Below are positions 37,576 to 53,342 of a stretch of DNA of 64,000 bases, piece after piece. The notes under the pieces were generated by a model, which saw nothing but the letters and a program-made list of their open reading frames with translations, ran no database searches and was not told where the DNA came from. The translations under genes were made by a program, and so were the position numbers. Each line of letters opens with the position of its first letter. Positions within the stretch are counted from its first letter, which is position 1. Location of the stretch: the NCBI GenBank assembly GCA_012295275.1, contig CM022665.1, positions 33,232,001 to 33,296,000 on the forward strand, written 5' to 3'. Source of the DNA: Chrysomallon squamiferum (Eukaryota > Animalia > Mollusca).

Positions 37576-38780
37576 TATATATGTACACACATCATGACAA
37601 CAACGTTTAACTTCGGGATAGGGCATCAACAATTACATTGGATGTGCCGTTGATATGTTCAATGGCAATTGGAAATTCCTGCAAAAGAAACTCCATCTTA
37701 AAACTCTCTGATTGGTGGCTTTCATTCTGTGGAGCTTCTTTCTCTATAGTGGAATAGTAAACCTTTTGGAGACGACACTTACAGGATCGTCAATTCCATT
37801 TTTGTCTTCTTGGAACAGCACACCTGCAGATGCCTCATCACTGGCATCCACAGCCAGTTTGAAGGATATTCGGTAGTCTGGTGCTGCCATCACGGGTGAC
37901 GAGGAGAGCATCTGTTTGAGAAGGTTGAATAACTTTTCACATTTATCTGTAATATATCTCCTTTTTCATTACCTCACATTTTGCTGATAAGCATGCTGGC
38001 AAATCATTGTAGCGTTTAGATCCAAACACACATCTTGAATTAAAGTATTGGTAACCGTGAGAAACTCCTGAAAAACGGAAACATTATTTTTTATCAAGGT
38101 AGCCAGCTCTGCTCGCTGATGGCTTTCAAGGTGCTGTAGAAAAATGCTCTCAACGTGACTGAGGGGGTAGAGTGACTCTCAATTTGTACCGGTCGCACGG
38201 GAACTATCGGCAGTCTGTCAACATAACCTTTTAATAAATTGATGTGACAATACATCCTTTTCCTATCTCTGTCAGGAGTGTTTATAATCTACCCTGTCGC
38301 ATTAACCCGTTTATGCACAACATAGGGTCCGAAACATCGGTTCTGCAATGAACCCCTTTTAATGGGAAGGTACAGCAGCACCTTATCCCCTAGTTTAAAT
38401 TAATGACTCTTAGCCTTTTTGTCAAAAGCTAAATTGATTTTGTTCTGATGTTTCCTAGCTAGTTCTGAGAGAGCCTCCGGCTACATGCCCATAGACCAAT
38501 TGAAATGGCGTGAATCCAAAAGATTCTTACTTCGCATCCCGAATTACTACGAATAACACGAACTGACTGGTCCCTGTCAGCACCATTTGTACAAACAATG
38601 GCAACGGAGCATACTTTTCATGCTCTACTGGAAACGTTCTATTGCGCCTTGGCTCTCAGGGTGGAACACCGCGGAACGAATTTGCCGTACATTTGACATA
38701 GCCAGAACCTGCTTGCAAACTCGACGAGAAATCGGACCTAACCGTTTAACGGATGGCTGGATTTTGTATCAGTTACTTTC
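36749..38780 (-). mobile_element. Degenerate Gmr1-type Ty3/Gypsy retrotransposon 3' portion with 3' LTR (~36749-37315)
   Basis: Reading the minus strand: integrase (TVRSD; HPESQGAIERF; FTPFQLVYGH; FKLGDKVL..GPYVV..HINLLKGY; 38750-38220) precedes an RT-start remnant and RNase H (PVMAAPDYRISFKLAVDASD..GVLFQ; RVLRWS; 37930-37690); purine tract GAGGTGGGGAA near 37323-37333; LTR-like segment ends GTGACA. Confidence 0.8.
37467..37590. repeat. (TATG)n/(TA)n microsatellite
   Basis: Directly visible; source of YIYI ORFs. Confidence 0.95.
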
Positions 38781-41740
38781 TTAAACAAAATAACTATATT
38801 TTAAAAAATAATGATTACTGGAAGCTAATCTAACAACAACAACGTATATTAATTTCTGTCATGCTAAATGGAATATATCACCTTTTATTTAGGATATTAA
38901 AGTTCCAAGTTGAGGTTATTGTAAGATAAGAGTGAAAGTAACATTCGCCTGATATCCGGAAAGAACAGTATAAAGAAAGAAACGGAGAGAACAAAAAAAA
39001 AAATCATCATAATAATAAATAAATAAATAAAAGATAGCCACAGGGTCCGACTTTGATGACAAAATAATAAAATATATAATTACAATTTATTTATTAATTA
39101 AACAAGCAAAATACGAAGGCTTTAAGCCGCAGTCTCACTATATAGGAATTCTGCTCGAGTACGTACGTAAAAATAATTTTATAACCTTTTCTTTCTGGAT
39201 TTTAAATTTTTCATAACAAGCTACATCCATTCATTGAATACATAATGCTGGTTATTTAAATGCTTAATGTGTAAGATTGTTAACAATACTGTTTAGTGAG
39301 GAAACATGGAAGTAAAATTTTTCATCGGTGATAAGAGACGACCGAAGGTCCTAGCAGTTAGTTTTTTAGTGGAGTGAAAGTCTGGTTCATTATAACAACA
39401 ACAACAACAGCAACAGCAACAACAAAAATTAAATCTGGCTAGCTATCTGCACAACTCACTCTAAACATACATGTTTACATGAACTCAAGCTCGACTGATT
39501 TTCAGTTAAAATCACTGGCTATTTACGAATCGAATTTAAATAAAAGAAAAAAAACCCCAAAAAACATTAACCGATATAATTAGTTTAACCATTAAATTAT
39601 TATTGCATATAACTTCTGTTTTAATACAAATTCCAAAAATAAATTATTTTATTTCTTTTAACAGATAGACTCAAATATCTTTAAATATATAGGTATTCCA
39701 AAATCACTTTTTTAAATGATGATGATGATGATACTTCTACTACTACTACTACTACTATTAAATATAATAATAATAATAAAATACATAAAAGAATACATAA
39801 TTTATGCTACAAGCCACCTATGAAACCAGGCATTTCATGTAAATTTATAACCAGCACTGTGTATTCAGTGAATGGATGTAGCTTATAAAGACATTTTGTA
39901 GTACATGTTACACTTTGTTATTAGGTAAGATGGTTGGGAAAAATAAAAATAAAAGAGAATAAAAATAGCTGAACTTGTAAGTGTGAGAAATCTACAAAAG
40001 CTGTTTCTTCCTAAAATTAAAAGTATACTATTATAATTACTTTTCTTTTAAATAAATAATAAAATAATCATAATCATAATTATAAATAAAACAATAACAG
40101 ACTTCTATATTTACCTTCTTAAATGTTAATAACATTTTTATGCCTTAAACTTCTGAGACTGTAATGTGATGTATACCTCGAAGAACAAAGACAATGACGT
40201 AAGATGGAAATGCATTTAAGCATTGTGACGTATTCTTGAATGAATGAATAAATGAATGTTTAAGATATTATATAAGAATTTATAATTGTTTTCTTTTTAA
40301 TCTAAAAAACAAGATTTCGTTTTTGGTTTGTTCTGATTTTACAGCTGTAGAATCTTTAATAATTATTATGCTTCATATTAATTAAATACAATTTTTATGA
40401 ACGTGGGTCGCTTCATCCTCCTTTAATATTTATACTTTAAGATTTTTATTTTCAGTGGTTACCTATTATTAAAGCCCTTTGACTTGATACCCCATCTTGG
40501 TTTCTGTTCCTAGGACATGATAATTAATTATTTTATTCGACACCATTTCCCCCTTTATACTGAGGTGGTTGATCTTTCTTCAAGATATATGAATGAGGCA
40601 AATGTATATGATAAGTGCGGACACGACACTGACAATTTCATCATTTCTGCACCACCTGTGGGGCTTCCTCCCATTTAGTTGAATTCCCAATTATTGGTCA
40701 AACCCACAAAACAACAACAGGTAGGGTTCAGTAGTCCTACTCATAGTTACCGTATCCTCCCATCTGTTTCACATACCATTTGTTACATACCTTATAACAA
40801 CTCAGGTCACAGCTGAGTGAACTTACTAGTGAAATCAAAACTGAAATCAACAAAGTTCAAACAAAGCAGCCGCAACCGGTTTGACAATTTATTTCCAGTG
40901 TCACTGAACCCAGTAAAACTTTCGGTCTAAGACAAACACATTATCATGTAACCGCTCAGCAAATCAAACCAAGAATTTCGTTAATCTGATTTAATGTTTC
41001 TGAATGTGAAATCAAAACCATGTTGTGTGCCTAACAATCGTAGAGAAAACGTGTTTAGATATTTTACCACAATAAAAATTTAATAAAAAATTATATAAAA
41101 AAAATATATTAATGTGTACTAGAAGATATTTTCCCGAGTTATTAAGAATGCCTGTTATTTTTTTATTCTTTTTTTTTTTTTTTGGTAATTATTATTTCTA
41201 TTTAGTAATTGAATTAAATGAAAAGCACTTGGTCTGTGTTGAATATTCCACTAACATTACAGTTTGCTTCGTTAGTCCCTAGGCTGACTGTAGTAACTGG
41301 GATGTATAACAAATGGGAAACAACCGTTATTGCAATGAACTATTCCAGATTAATTAGAAACCAATTATTGTGGTCTTTAATTTATTAAATAACAAGGGCT
41401 CCATCTAAAAATGTTTATTAGAAGATAATATAATGATTTATTATCCTAAAAACAAATGTTACTGCATCACGGATTTAGCACTCACTGGAGAACGAAAAGC
41501 ACAAATATTGAATGAAACATGAATAATATGTTGTAACAAGAAGATATTTTACAGCAAACGTTAACAATAATTTAAAAAGTAAACGCTAATTAGAACAAAA
41601 GATGATAATGACTCATATCATGGGTATAAGTAGTTGTCTGGGTTTTAGAAAACCATGCAAAAAGCAAAACATTTTTTCAACATTTTAAAACATGACCAAT
41701 GGCGTCCAGTTCGTTAACTACACAGGTAACAAGAAAGTGT

Positions 41741-42070
41741 TTACGTAATAGGCAAATACTTGTATTTTGACAAACTGGCATTTCTATCATAGGAGGACAG
41801 CCAATCTCCCAGGACTACTGGCTTGAGATATTGAAGCTTGTCTGAAGCTGAACCATTCCATACATTCTGCCAAGTTGAAATGATATAGTGACTGATGTTT
41901 AAAATGAAGTATAAGGTACACCGACCTTTCCACATGGCAAACTCAAAGAAGATTTGACAGCAGTCTGCCTTTTAATTAGCCATTATGCCAATATGGATGG
42001 ATATCAAACCAAAACAAAATTGTTATTGGCAGACTTTAAAAAGACATACTTTCGTATCGCCATCCCAATT
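41741..42070 (-). mobile_element. Short I/Nimb-type LINE fragment (RNase H C-terminal region)
   Basis: H-I-G-I-M-A-N-*-K-A-D motif (RNase H HxGIxGNExAD-like) followed by WQNVW...KLQYLKP, typical of the post-RNase H region of I-group LINEs. Confidence 0.6.
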
Positions 42071-42076
42071 TAGGAC

Positions 42077-42141
<65 letters not shown>

Positions 42142-44056
42142 TAAATAAGTAAATAAATACATAAATAAAAAAATTATGAAAATCTTTATATACATCATGA
42201 CTAACAAGTGTCAAACATGAGTCCACTTTTTTAAGACGTATTTATTTAAAAATGTTGAAGTAGATTTCATCGCGATTTGCAACGTGAAACAAAACAAGGT
42301 TTATTCTAAATTGAATTTTTATTTTTTTGGCGAGGGGTTTGTGATGGTGGTATTTATTCATTCATTTGTTATTGTTACCGTTTACTTTCTTCTCATTATT
42401 TTCATTAAAGCACACAAAACATAACATTAAACTAATAACAATAATAAATTAATTAATTAACCAAATCATTTAAGAAAAAATGTATATGTATCCTTTGTTA
42501 TATAAATGAGTAGGCTATGGAGGTCACTTGGCGGCCACTTGAGATAACCGCAGTACGACACGTGCAGTCGGAATGTAAAAACATTTATCAGCGATCTGGA
42601 AACTGGTCAATGTAAAGGAACGTAACATGAAATATTAAATTATTTTAAATACACATTTCCGTCGTATTTTATAATTTATAATGTTTACTAACTTATGTCA
42701 TTCTTCTCAGAATGTTCAGGGAATTATGAAAAACTAAATTTGTAGCTTGGAAACAAGCTACAGATAAGCAAATCCTATAATTTTCAAACTTGATCACAAA
42801 ATATTAAAAATAATAAAAATAAAAATAAACGAAATGTGTTTTATTGCAAACTTTTGGGGGGCGAATAAATTCGGTGTATAAAATAAATTTTTGTTATATT
42901 TAAAAGAATACTGATATTAAATTTCATTAGTTGTTGTTTTTATATCAAATAAATCTGAGAAAAAGAGGTTCTACATTCATGTACAATCAGGAGGGGGGAA
43001 AAGGGGAAAAAAAGAAAAAAGAAAAAAAAATGTATATAACCTATAAATGTAATAAAATAAAAGCTAAGAGTTAAGTACTTAAACATGGATAAAAATTTTG
43101 TAATTTTTCCCTCTGCATATAATGGTCGAGATGGTTGGCTGGTGAAGCCCGGAAGCCAACTTCTGTCAAGACATTCTGAAAAAAAAGTCAGTATCAAAAC
43201 CATGCAGAATTTCTCTTAAAAACACATGTGAACCGCTGCAGATTGAAAAGGGTGCAGTCCTTATAAAAGATGAATAGTGCTGAACGCAGGAACTTTGGAA
43301 CTAGACTTTTTGTGGATAGCGGCACATGTAGTTGCTGATACTGATTTATAAACTCCTGGTATCGGCTTATGTTTATAATAATTACAGATACAGATTCCTC
43401 TAGAATTCTCTTTCCAGCAACACGTTATGAAGATCTACCCTTGGATTGCTGAAATATTGCACTTTAAAGATTTGCGACCACACCCATTTTGACCAAAAAA
43501 TGTCACTTTTCGAAGCACCGTAATTCCAAAAGTATTGCTCCCATGAAGGTAAAAGTTCATTTGTAGCATTTTATCAAAATCTGAATCGGTTCGATTACAG
43601 CTACTAAGTGCATTGACACAAAATGATCTAAAATTATATTCAGCATTTTTGTTTACAAAAAAAAATAAACCCTCTTGAGTATTAATAAATAACTAATTTT
43701 GCACAGATAGTAATTAACATTAAATTTAAAATAAAAATAAAGGCCAAATTATATTTAATTAAACCGATTGAAAAAATAGAATTAATGCTTCCTTGCAATA
43801 TGTTTTAAAAATTATCTGTAACGAAACTGGCCGAGTTATTCCGAATTACTTTTACTAACAGGAAAGCCAGGAAATACATTATGACTTGCATTGCTCGTTT
43901 CAACCCACATTCCGCTTAAAGTTAATTTAATCTTAGTACCTGCAACACGTTTCACCAGCCAGTCGATTTAAATTGAGTTATTTAACTAGATACACCCAAA
44001 ATTTCATCTTAGGACAGTAAATGACATTTCTTTTCTGGGTTACGATTCTTTTTTAC

Positions 44057-44095
<39 letters not shown>

Positions 44096-45454
44096 TTTCC
44101 GTTTTTGTGAGGGGGTGTCAAATGACCAAGCTCAGCTCAATTTCAGGACAACTAGCCTATTGTAACAGAGCAGCGTGCTTATAGATTTAAGTATATTTCA
44201 GTTTGTATTTCTCACAAGAATTATCAGGGCATAAAAGTGTGGATTTTCCCCATTTCCACATGCAAATCTTTGTCGATATCTGACAACTTTCGACACATGC
44301 TAATTTATCAAGTACTCACGAAACATCCCCCTTTTTTTCTTTTTATTGAAAATATATACAATTACTCACCAGGATGAATTGAAATACAAACTAAAACCGA
44401 AAAAGGTCAAAATCTGCAACACAGTGATCACAAATTACCTCCCTTGAAATCACTAACATCAACTTTCCCGAACAAAATGAGTAATTTATATCTACAGCTA
44501 AAAAAAAAAAAAAAAAAAAAAAAAAACATACTAATGCCACGTGTATCATTTGTTCTATTATTATTCAACGTATGTCTCTTAATAAACGTTTGTCACTTTT
44601 TGTTTCCTCAACAAACCAGTCCCATCCATTTGCTTAGTGAGAGGATTAAAATGATCTTTATGTTCATTAGAAACTGCAGAAATTGCTCTTTTCAGCTAGT
44701 GTGCTTGATCGAGGATATGTTTCACTAAAAGTTTGAGAATTTTCTGTAAAGCAATTTTTCAGCCGATTCAGCCTTTGCAGGGAGATGGGTAGAGTGGCTC
44801 CTGCAAACTGATGAAAGGTTGCATGGTTCATGCATAATTATTGGTTAAAGCAATTATATCAAATGCTATGGCAGGGCCTGTGTAAGGGCATTAAAAAACT
44901 TCTCCTAAATGAGTAGGCCTAGACGCCTAGAATTTAAAACATACATTCAATCATAAAATTTAGCTGATTTAAGCTATATTTATTTTATTTAACTACACTC
45001 AAGGTAGCATTAACAGTACTGATTTGACATTTGTTAACTATCAACTTAATGATAATAATTTGTATAGTAAGTGAAAACAATCTGTTATGAAAATTAATTG
45101 TCTTGTAAATTTTATAACAGATTTTATGTCATATCAGGTATATATGCATAAAATCTGTTCTAAAATCTGTATAACATGAAAGTTTGGTCATTTGTACAAT
45201 AATGTTCATTAGATATTTTTCATTTTTTATAATATGAATACTCATTTTAAAATGTTTGGTTATAATGAAAAAAAATAATAATTAAAGAAAAAAAAAACAT
45301 ATCTTTTATGTTTTTCCATTTAATTCAATTTTACACATTTTTCTTTGTCATAGAATCAAAAGAACAACAACCAGTAAGTCTGTGAAATTGATGTCAAGAA
45401 AATCACACATTATTAATTATTCCAAAGCAAATTACAAATTCTGATTTATTAACT

Positions 45455-48400
45455 CTAAAGATTCAGCATCTTCAAGATAGAACCTTTATATTTGTCTAAG
45501 ATGTCATCAGTCTCGCCTTTATTGTAGATATCAGACACTGCATTCTTGTAATTTTCAACATAATCAAGTTTTAAAATATTTTCCTCAGATGTCTTTTCAG
45601 GAATATGAGGAATTTTATGCTGCAAAAGATATTAACATTTTTTAATGAACAAGTCAAACTTATGAAAAGACACATACACTGGAGTCAGTTTAATAAAATC
45701 TATAATAATAATAATAATAATATCAAATTCACAAGGGACCTGTGTTTGGATAGTCATTGGTTTCAGCTCAAAATCTGGATCTCCATAACTGATAGATCAA
45801 ATGCATTCAAATTTTGCAAATACATGTATATAGTTAAAATGCATGTGCATAATTTTTGTTGCAACTTCCAGTTGATTACTGAGAAACCCAAAGAAATCTT
45901 AAATAAACTTACTCCATCAGTCACTTTTATCTTCTGTAAGAGTTCAACAACATTGTTTTTAGATTCGTTTCTCTCAAAGATGTATTTTTCCATGTCTGCT
46001 TCAGTTTTTTCATCTTCCCATGGTTCTGTTTTCTGTCATATAAATTGTTATTACTTCTTAAAATTGAATTTTGATTATTAAATTTTACAGCTATACATTA
46101 GGTTTTAACTAAGGCCCATTATATGCTGGGTCTTTTATAATAATCATGCAATGGAATAATAAACTTTTATTAGACTAATACAATTTTTACTTATTTCACA
46201 ACACGTATATTTCATGAATATTGTGATTGTGTTAAAAAAGAACACTTACACTTGATTCATGAACAAGTACTGTGAGAAGGTATACCACATAGTCAAAGTT
46301 CTGCTTTTTGAGGGGACATCTAAATAAAAAATATAATCTTTATTAACAGAAAACAACTTACTAAAACAATTGTACAAGTAAATCAGGTATGCAAGAAAAC
46401 TATTTATGATGTTTGTAAATGTCTTATTCACTTTTAAATATGGCCTTATTATTTCTTAAAATAATTCAATTACTATTTTTATGTTTCTGTATCATGAGAA
46501 TTAAAAAAAAAAAAAAAAACAGAAAAAAAAAACAAAAAACTTTAAAACTACCTGTCTGATGTGATGGTAACTTCATCAGTTTCTTTATTGTATCTATTTC
46601 CAACCAATCTAATCAGTTTGTCTTTGGCGTGGTAATCTAAACCAAGACTGCACAATCTGACCTGTAGTAACAAGTGTTCTTTCAAAATCACAAACAAAAT
46701 GATACACGAATTGCAAGTTAAAAGATTTATATATAATCTAGTAAAATAAAAAAAAGATGAACAGGATTATGCAATAAATTTTAGACTATCTGTATCTCAA
46801 TTTTCATTGTTACTATTACCAGACAAATGGAAGACTAAAATACTGACTTTATTATTTGAATTTTAGAAAATGATGACATACCAACTTATCCCATAAGTAC
46901 TGCCTGACGATATAACAAATAATCATTTTTGTTTTTGATTAGTGGTTTAACTGTTGAAGAACTAGTACAGAAACTTTATTCAACTCATTTGACAGTTCAT
47001 CATCACCTGTAGCAATATTGAAAGGTATGGAAAAGGGATACAGTAGACATTTTCACTTCTCTGTCCTCTTGTGATTTTAGTTCACCAATTTAGGACAAGT
47101 AACGCAAGATGAAATACAGGTATTTTATAAGAAAATTAACAGCCAAGGAGGGCTTAGTGCAGGTGAATTGGTTGTACAGCACAGACTGAAATGTATCTCA
47201 AATCAGAACTGCCAATCAGTTTAACAATCACAGCAGATATTTTCAGCAGTTACAGAGAGCTTGAATATTACATTAAACATTTCAGATCTAACAAGATGTT
47301 CAACTGTGTTATGCCTGAATGGTTTACCCTCACTTTGCCGGACGCCTGAACAGATTAATGGTAACAGTCCATTGCATGGGATGTTACAGTCTGTTCCACT
47401 AAATACAGGTTGTAATCACTTTATACTTTCCTGATCTAACCTTATCTCTCGATCACAGCTCACATGAAAACTGTTCAAATGAGTAACCTTAACTACAGTT
47501 GTATCATGATAACACATACACATTCATGTTTATGCGAGTGAGTAATGTTAAACAAAAGTATATATATATATATATACACCATGTACTCTGGCAGTACCAA
47601 TTCTTGCAGGATGGCAAATGCACAGGTCAATCTGAAATTCATTCTGAATTCACGTGGTGGGTGTAGTTTAGTGTATCAGGGACATAGGTTCACAATCAAG
47701 AGTAGTAAAAGAGATGCTGTTCATTAGAAGTGTTGCAAAGTCAGTTGTCTATCTATTATTAATGCTTCGAGAGATTTAATTATGAGCTACTGAAATCTTC
47801 ACAGCCATGAATGTGAAAAATGAACAAATATTATGAATGACTATAATTTTAACTATGTGAATGATGAATTATTGCCACATGCAATAAAATGAATGATGAA
47901 GTGATTGAACGATTTATTGCATTAGACTATACCATAATCACCTATTGTACTAGGGATTAGCGTGCACTAGTGATTTCTATATAAGAACAATAGTGTCCGG
48001 CAAAGTGGAGACACCCCACCTGAACTCATACTGCACATTTGTGAATAATTAGTGGGAGACCATATACCAATCAAGTCTATGATTTTTCATTTAATCCATG
48101 GTTTCACATATGCAACAATTGGTAGGATTTGTTGGATCTATCCTAGGCTTTGAAATGGGCATGATAAATGCTTCACTCCAATATGAAGAAAAGTCATCAG
48201 AAATCCATGTTTATTTCAAATGTTTAGAAAAAGGAAGTGAGAAGAATTGGTCAATGGCAATGTACTCAGTTGCAGACATTAAAGCATTTTAAATATTTTT
48301 TCTGAACCTGAATTTGGACATTACATATGGGATTACCTAATAATACTCATTTGAAGCATACATAAAACTTTTCATTCTCTCAAATTCCTATCTATATGGT

Positions 48401-51400
48401 ATGTTCCCAAAATTGGCAGTCACCAGATTAGGTAAGTGGTGAGGTGTTCTAATCCGCTTCCAGAAATGGGAAAACTGGTGCGAGCAATTAAGGCCAATTT
48501 AGATGCATGGGTGAGACGGAATAGAGACTGCAGGAAAATTAATGTTTGGAGACATGAAATTAATGTTATATCTCAGTAAAATTTGGAGGTTAACGAGATC
48601 AATTAAGAGATGTATGAAGCCAGAGTAGAGGTTGCAAGGAAATTAATGTTATAATGTAAGATTAGGAGACTGGAAATACTACCTACATAAATACTGTACA
48701 GTCATGATGTTTGATCATGGAGATGTTTGTATTCGGTCAGGAGAGGTAGAGACCACATCCATTCCTCGGATGAGAGTGCAGTTGCTGTCCACCTACTGAC
48801 CAACACCATGCGGAAGCCAGCACGGGAGGAGCTGACCAGTATCCCAAAGATATATGCAAAGCAGAGGAAGAAGTTGTTGATTGGGTATGGAGACATCACA
48901 CCACAGGACATAGCTTCCAAGTTAAGTATGTTTGAGGGCATCAAATCCAGCATGTACCGACAGAGAGCGAAAAAGGTCCTGCAAACTCCAAAAGCTGCCA
49001 TGGATGTACACCTGGAGTTGGGATCAGATTTTGTCCTTGTGGATGGCGTGCAGATGGAGAGTAGAATCATCATGTTTGGTACTGATGCTGACTTTAGGAG
49101 ACTTTTTGAGTCTGAGACTACATCAGTGGATGGTACATTCAAGATCTGTCCAAAGATCTTTTACCAGCTGTATGTGATTCATTCTCACCTGACCCATGTA
49201 CGTGTGCCTTCTGTCTGTTACCGGACAAGAAGGGATCAACATAATGGTGAACTTGCTTAAGGCGAAAGCTACTGGGATGAACTTGACATTTGAACCTAAA
49301 ATGTGATCGTGGATTTTGAAATCGCAGTGCACAATGTGATTTGTGATTTACATGCCATCTAGACATCTGAAGGGATGCCTATTCCACTTTGGCCAAGCCC
49401 TGTTTCGGAATCTTCAAGGATTGGGCCTCTCCCCTGCTTACAGGTCCAGTGAGGAAGTACGCAAATGGTTCCGTATGTTTGTTGGACTAGCATTCCTTCC
49501 AGTGCCTCCTGATGTGGATGGATATGACCTTGTAGTGACCCACACATCGGATCTGTCAGTGTGCTTTCAGTTCAATAAGTACTTTCCTGAGACATGGATT
49601 AATGGCAACTTTCCTCTAACCATTTGGAATCACCATCAGGAGTGACACCCCTAGGATGAACAACAACTGTGATGGTTACAACAGCAGGTTGGCCAAGAGA
49701 GCAGTGAAATCATACCTGAACATATACGAGCTGATTCTCCTGTTCAGGTCAGAGAATACCAACAAGGAAGCCCATCTGCTGCAGCTGGAAGACTCGCCAC
49801 ACTGAAGAAGACAAGCACAAGCTCTTCCAGCTGGGATTGGAGTACGTCACGTGTACCCAGGACCGGGCTTCCGACTTGTCAGCTTGCAGTGGAGTGCTTT
49901 CTGGGATATTTCATGTGTAATGTGTGCCTGAATGTGCTTTCAAATTGTGGACAAAATACTGTTTAACAAAAGTACATCAGTTAAGGTGACAGAACACCAA
50001 TTACTAAGGGAGAGCAATAAACTGCCAGAAATGGAACAACTGGCATGTCCAATTAAGATGTGTCATAATCTCATTGCCAGATTCGGGAATAAATCATCTA
50101 TATTAAAGGAAAAATCCATCTACCAGACAATATTTCATAATACATACAACTTTATCTTCAATTTAATAAATATGAAAATAACTAATCTTTAATATTCATT
50201 TATTTAGTACTAATTGTGAATATAAATAAATACCTTAAGAGATACAGTCCTAGCTCTCAGATCTTGAACAGATGGACTGTTGAAAAGATAGTCACTGGAA
50301 ATTACCTCCAGAGGAAAATGTTGGTTACACCTAGCATCAGTTTCAAAGCCTTTAGGCCATGGGGTGCAAAATTCTGTTAATACAATTTACATTCATTTCG
50401 TAAGTCATTTTGTCAGAGCTAATTCAAATTATTCTGAATGTTTTATAATAAAATAATTGGTGATGTAATTACTTTTCACAACATCACACCTTAATTCACT
50501 AAGAATAAATTCAAAGCATTCTCTTTTTGATAATGACACTGACATTATTATGTAAGTGAATATCAAAAATAAAATTACTTACTTTATTAAGAACATTAGA
50601 AAAACATTAGAAAAAATGTCATACCATCTAAAAGGTTCAAATTCACAGATATTAACATAATGATATCCATATAACAAAAAGATGATGCTTCAAGCTTTCT
50701 GGGGATGCCTGGTTTATCAGAGATAATCTCAAAATCATCTAAACAAACCCACGAAAATCTCCCATTTTCCCATGTTTTTAAGGCAGTTGAGTTAATGACT
50801 CTTTATACCGTTACAGAAATCATTTATTTTTATTTAAATGCAATCAACTGTGGAAATCAATAAAAAGAACTGTAAAGAACTGTTTACAGGGAAAAATCTC
50901 AAAATTAATAGATTTGCCATTTTTTCATAAAAAAAAAAGCATTTACTCAAAGTGAGTTTTGCTGACTTCTGATGCATTTTTGAAATTCTGACACAGTATA
51001 TAGTAACTAAACAAAATATACTGAATATCATTACATACAGCATTAAAAAGCAAAAATATAAATATAGAACAAAACTGTTCAAGATCCAGTAACAAACCTT
51101 TGATAGTGCTGCAATGTTTCTTGACATGATTTGGTGTCAAATGAAGAAAGTTGGGAATTTTCATCAATTCTGCATTTGCATACTTTTCTGGAATAACACC
51201 TTTATTTTCTTTCAGATTCTGTATTTAAAATAAAACAACAACAACAATAATAATAATAATAAATCAAATAATTTTGAAATTAATATTAAACATTTTTCAT
51301 TGAAATGTTGTGGACAATTACATTTTTCAGTGCATTTTGTTTTGCAAAAAATTTCCCTGGAATATGAAATGTACAATTACATATTTACTATTAATTCTTT

Positions 51401-53308
51401 AAAGAGTCATTTTACTCTAAATCACACAGCAAAATGTATAGCTGTAACCTGACTCAATTAGATTTTCATAAAAATTGACTTGGACATCAAATCAAATTGG
51501 AAACATGATGAAAATTTGATATTTCTTGGTCAAAATAGGCTTGACCACCATCTTTAGACCCAAGTGGGCCAATCTACATAATGCTTGTGTTGATAGAAAG
51601 AAAATGGGACCATTTTAAGGGTTTATAACCTTTTGAGATTGAATATGGCCATGTGGTTCATATAGCCTTTAGTCAGAATTTTAGCACAGGATATTAGTAC
51701 CAACATATAAAAAAAAATCTAGACATGTAAAATTCATTATTAGATATTAGGATATACAGTCAAACGTCTTTATAAAGTCCCCTGGTACATCACTATCCCA
51801 ACATAACACCCCAAAATATTTGAGCATTATCCATCTGCATTAAATGTACATACATTTACATTGTTTTATTAGCAATGGTTTCTGCCATCCACCAACATTT
51901 CAGGCGATGCACTAATGCAAACATATAATAAAAATTACCTGATAAACTGCCATTAGCTATTTTGTCTGTGATCATCTAGACCAGAGTCACCAACACTGTA
52001 ACTGTGGGCACCAGGTCACTCCCAAGAACCACATGAGTCACCCGCAGGTCAATAGAATTAAAGGTTGAATACTGATATTATCTATATCCAACCTTGTTAA
52101 GTCACTGGTGATAATTATTGCGAGAATCATTAACGTGATCGGTGTCTTCCCATAGACAGGTATCATTAATAATAATATATAACTAAACAAATTTGTTATT
52201 TCAGAAGAGTGTAACAAACAGATAGCCTTTTGTATGACTCAGTACCTATGAAGTAGCTCTCATGTTTAAAATGGTTGGTAACCCCTGATCTATACTATAA
52301 ATCACTGGTTTTCAACTTTTTTCATACAGCAACCCCTTACGAGCAACTCAATGTGACTGATGACCCACTTTAAAATTTTTGATTCAAAAATATCTAGGGT
52401 TACCATATTCTCATCAAGCAAAGACAGTACAAAAGGAATCTATATTCACTAGGATGGGTCCCAAACCTATTTAAACGTTTTTATTTGTTCCTCCTTCCAA
52501 GTCAAGCTGAGAAAAGCTAAAACATACCCTCGCTCAAGAATGATCTCGAGACCCCCAGGAAAAAGGCTGGCAACCCCCAGGTTGAAAGCCTATGCTATAA
52601 ATTATTAAGCAAACCAAGTTTCATTTTTGGCATATTTCATGAATAAAAACTGAATTATTTTCAAAAACTTCAGAGGAAATCAACTTGGCATGGCATGACT
52701 TTACTGAAAATACTTTAGAGTGGTACCTTTGGTATTATAAAAATATTGCATTTAGCTTATGACATATTGGTAATTACAAATAGAGGGTTTCTTATACCTT
52801 CTAACAGTTCAATTATCTTGAAACATTAAGACCTCTTCATCAAAAATTGCATTTACTTTATTCATTTTATAAATAAAAATATTATGTAAGAAATACACCT
52901 TATGTTTTTATCACAAAACAGCATGTGGTCTCATGCTGATTCCCAGATATTAGTGACTTCAAACATTTATTGTGCAGTTCTTCACGAAAAATGTCAAATT
53001 TCAAAGTGCTGCATTTCCAGACGTACTTGTTTAATGAAGGTACAATTTTATATTTAGGTGTTTAAGGCCAAAACAAAACTGTATACCAACAAGTATCAAA
53101 ACTGGAATTGTGGGATTATATGCATATAGTGAATTGGCATGGAATGATTTTATATTTCACCTCTACATATCCCTGTCTAACGGGAAAAGGCACTACACTC
53201 CACTTAAATGTCTGAGCGGCTGGCCACACAGTTGTCCAGTCTTGTTCTGGCTTCATCAGTTTATAACGAGGAGGAAGTGCCTGCAAATAAATAATAAAAT
53301 TTATATAA

Positions 53309-53342
<34 letters not shown>

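Noticed and set aside
37355-37632. YIYI-repeat ORFs
   Set aside because: (TA)n microsatellite translations.
42500-44450. Moderately GC-richer region with transposon-like phrases
   Set aside because: Could not define termini, TSDs or coding remnants by eye.
52798-52816. Possible 19-nt MRPS35 micro-exon (IIELLE)
   Set aside because: Would break the frame between exons 53280-53161 and 51218-51098, which already join correctly.
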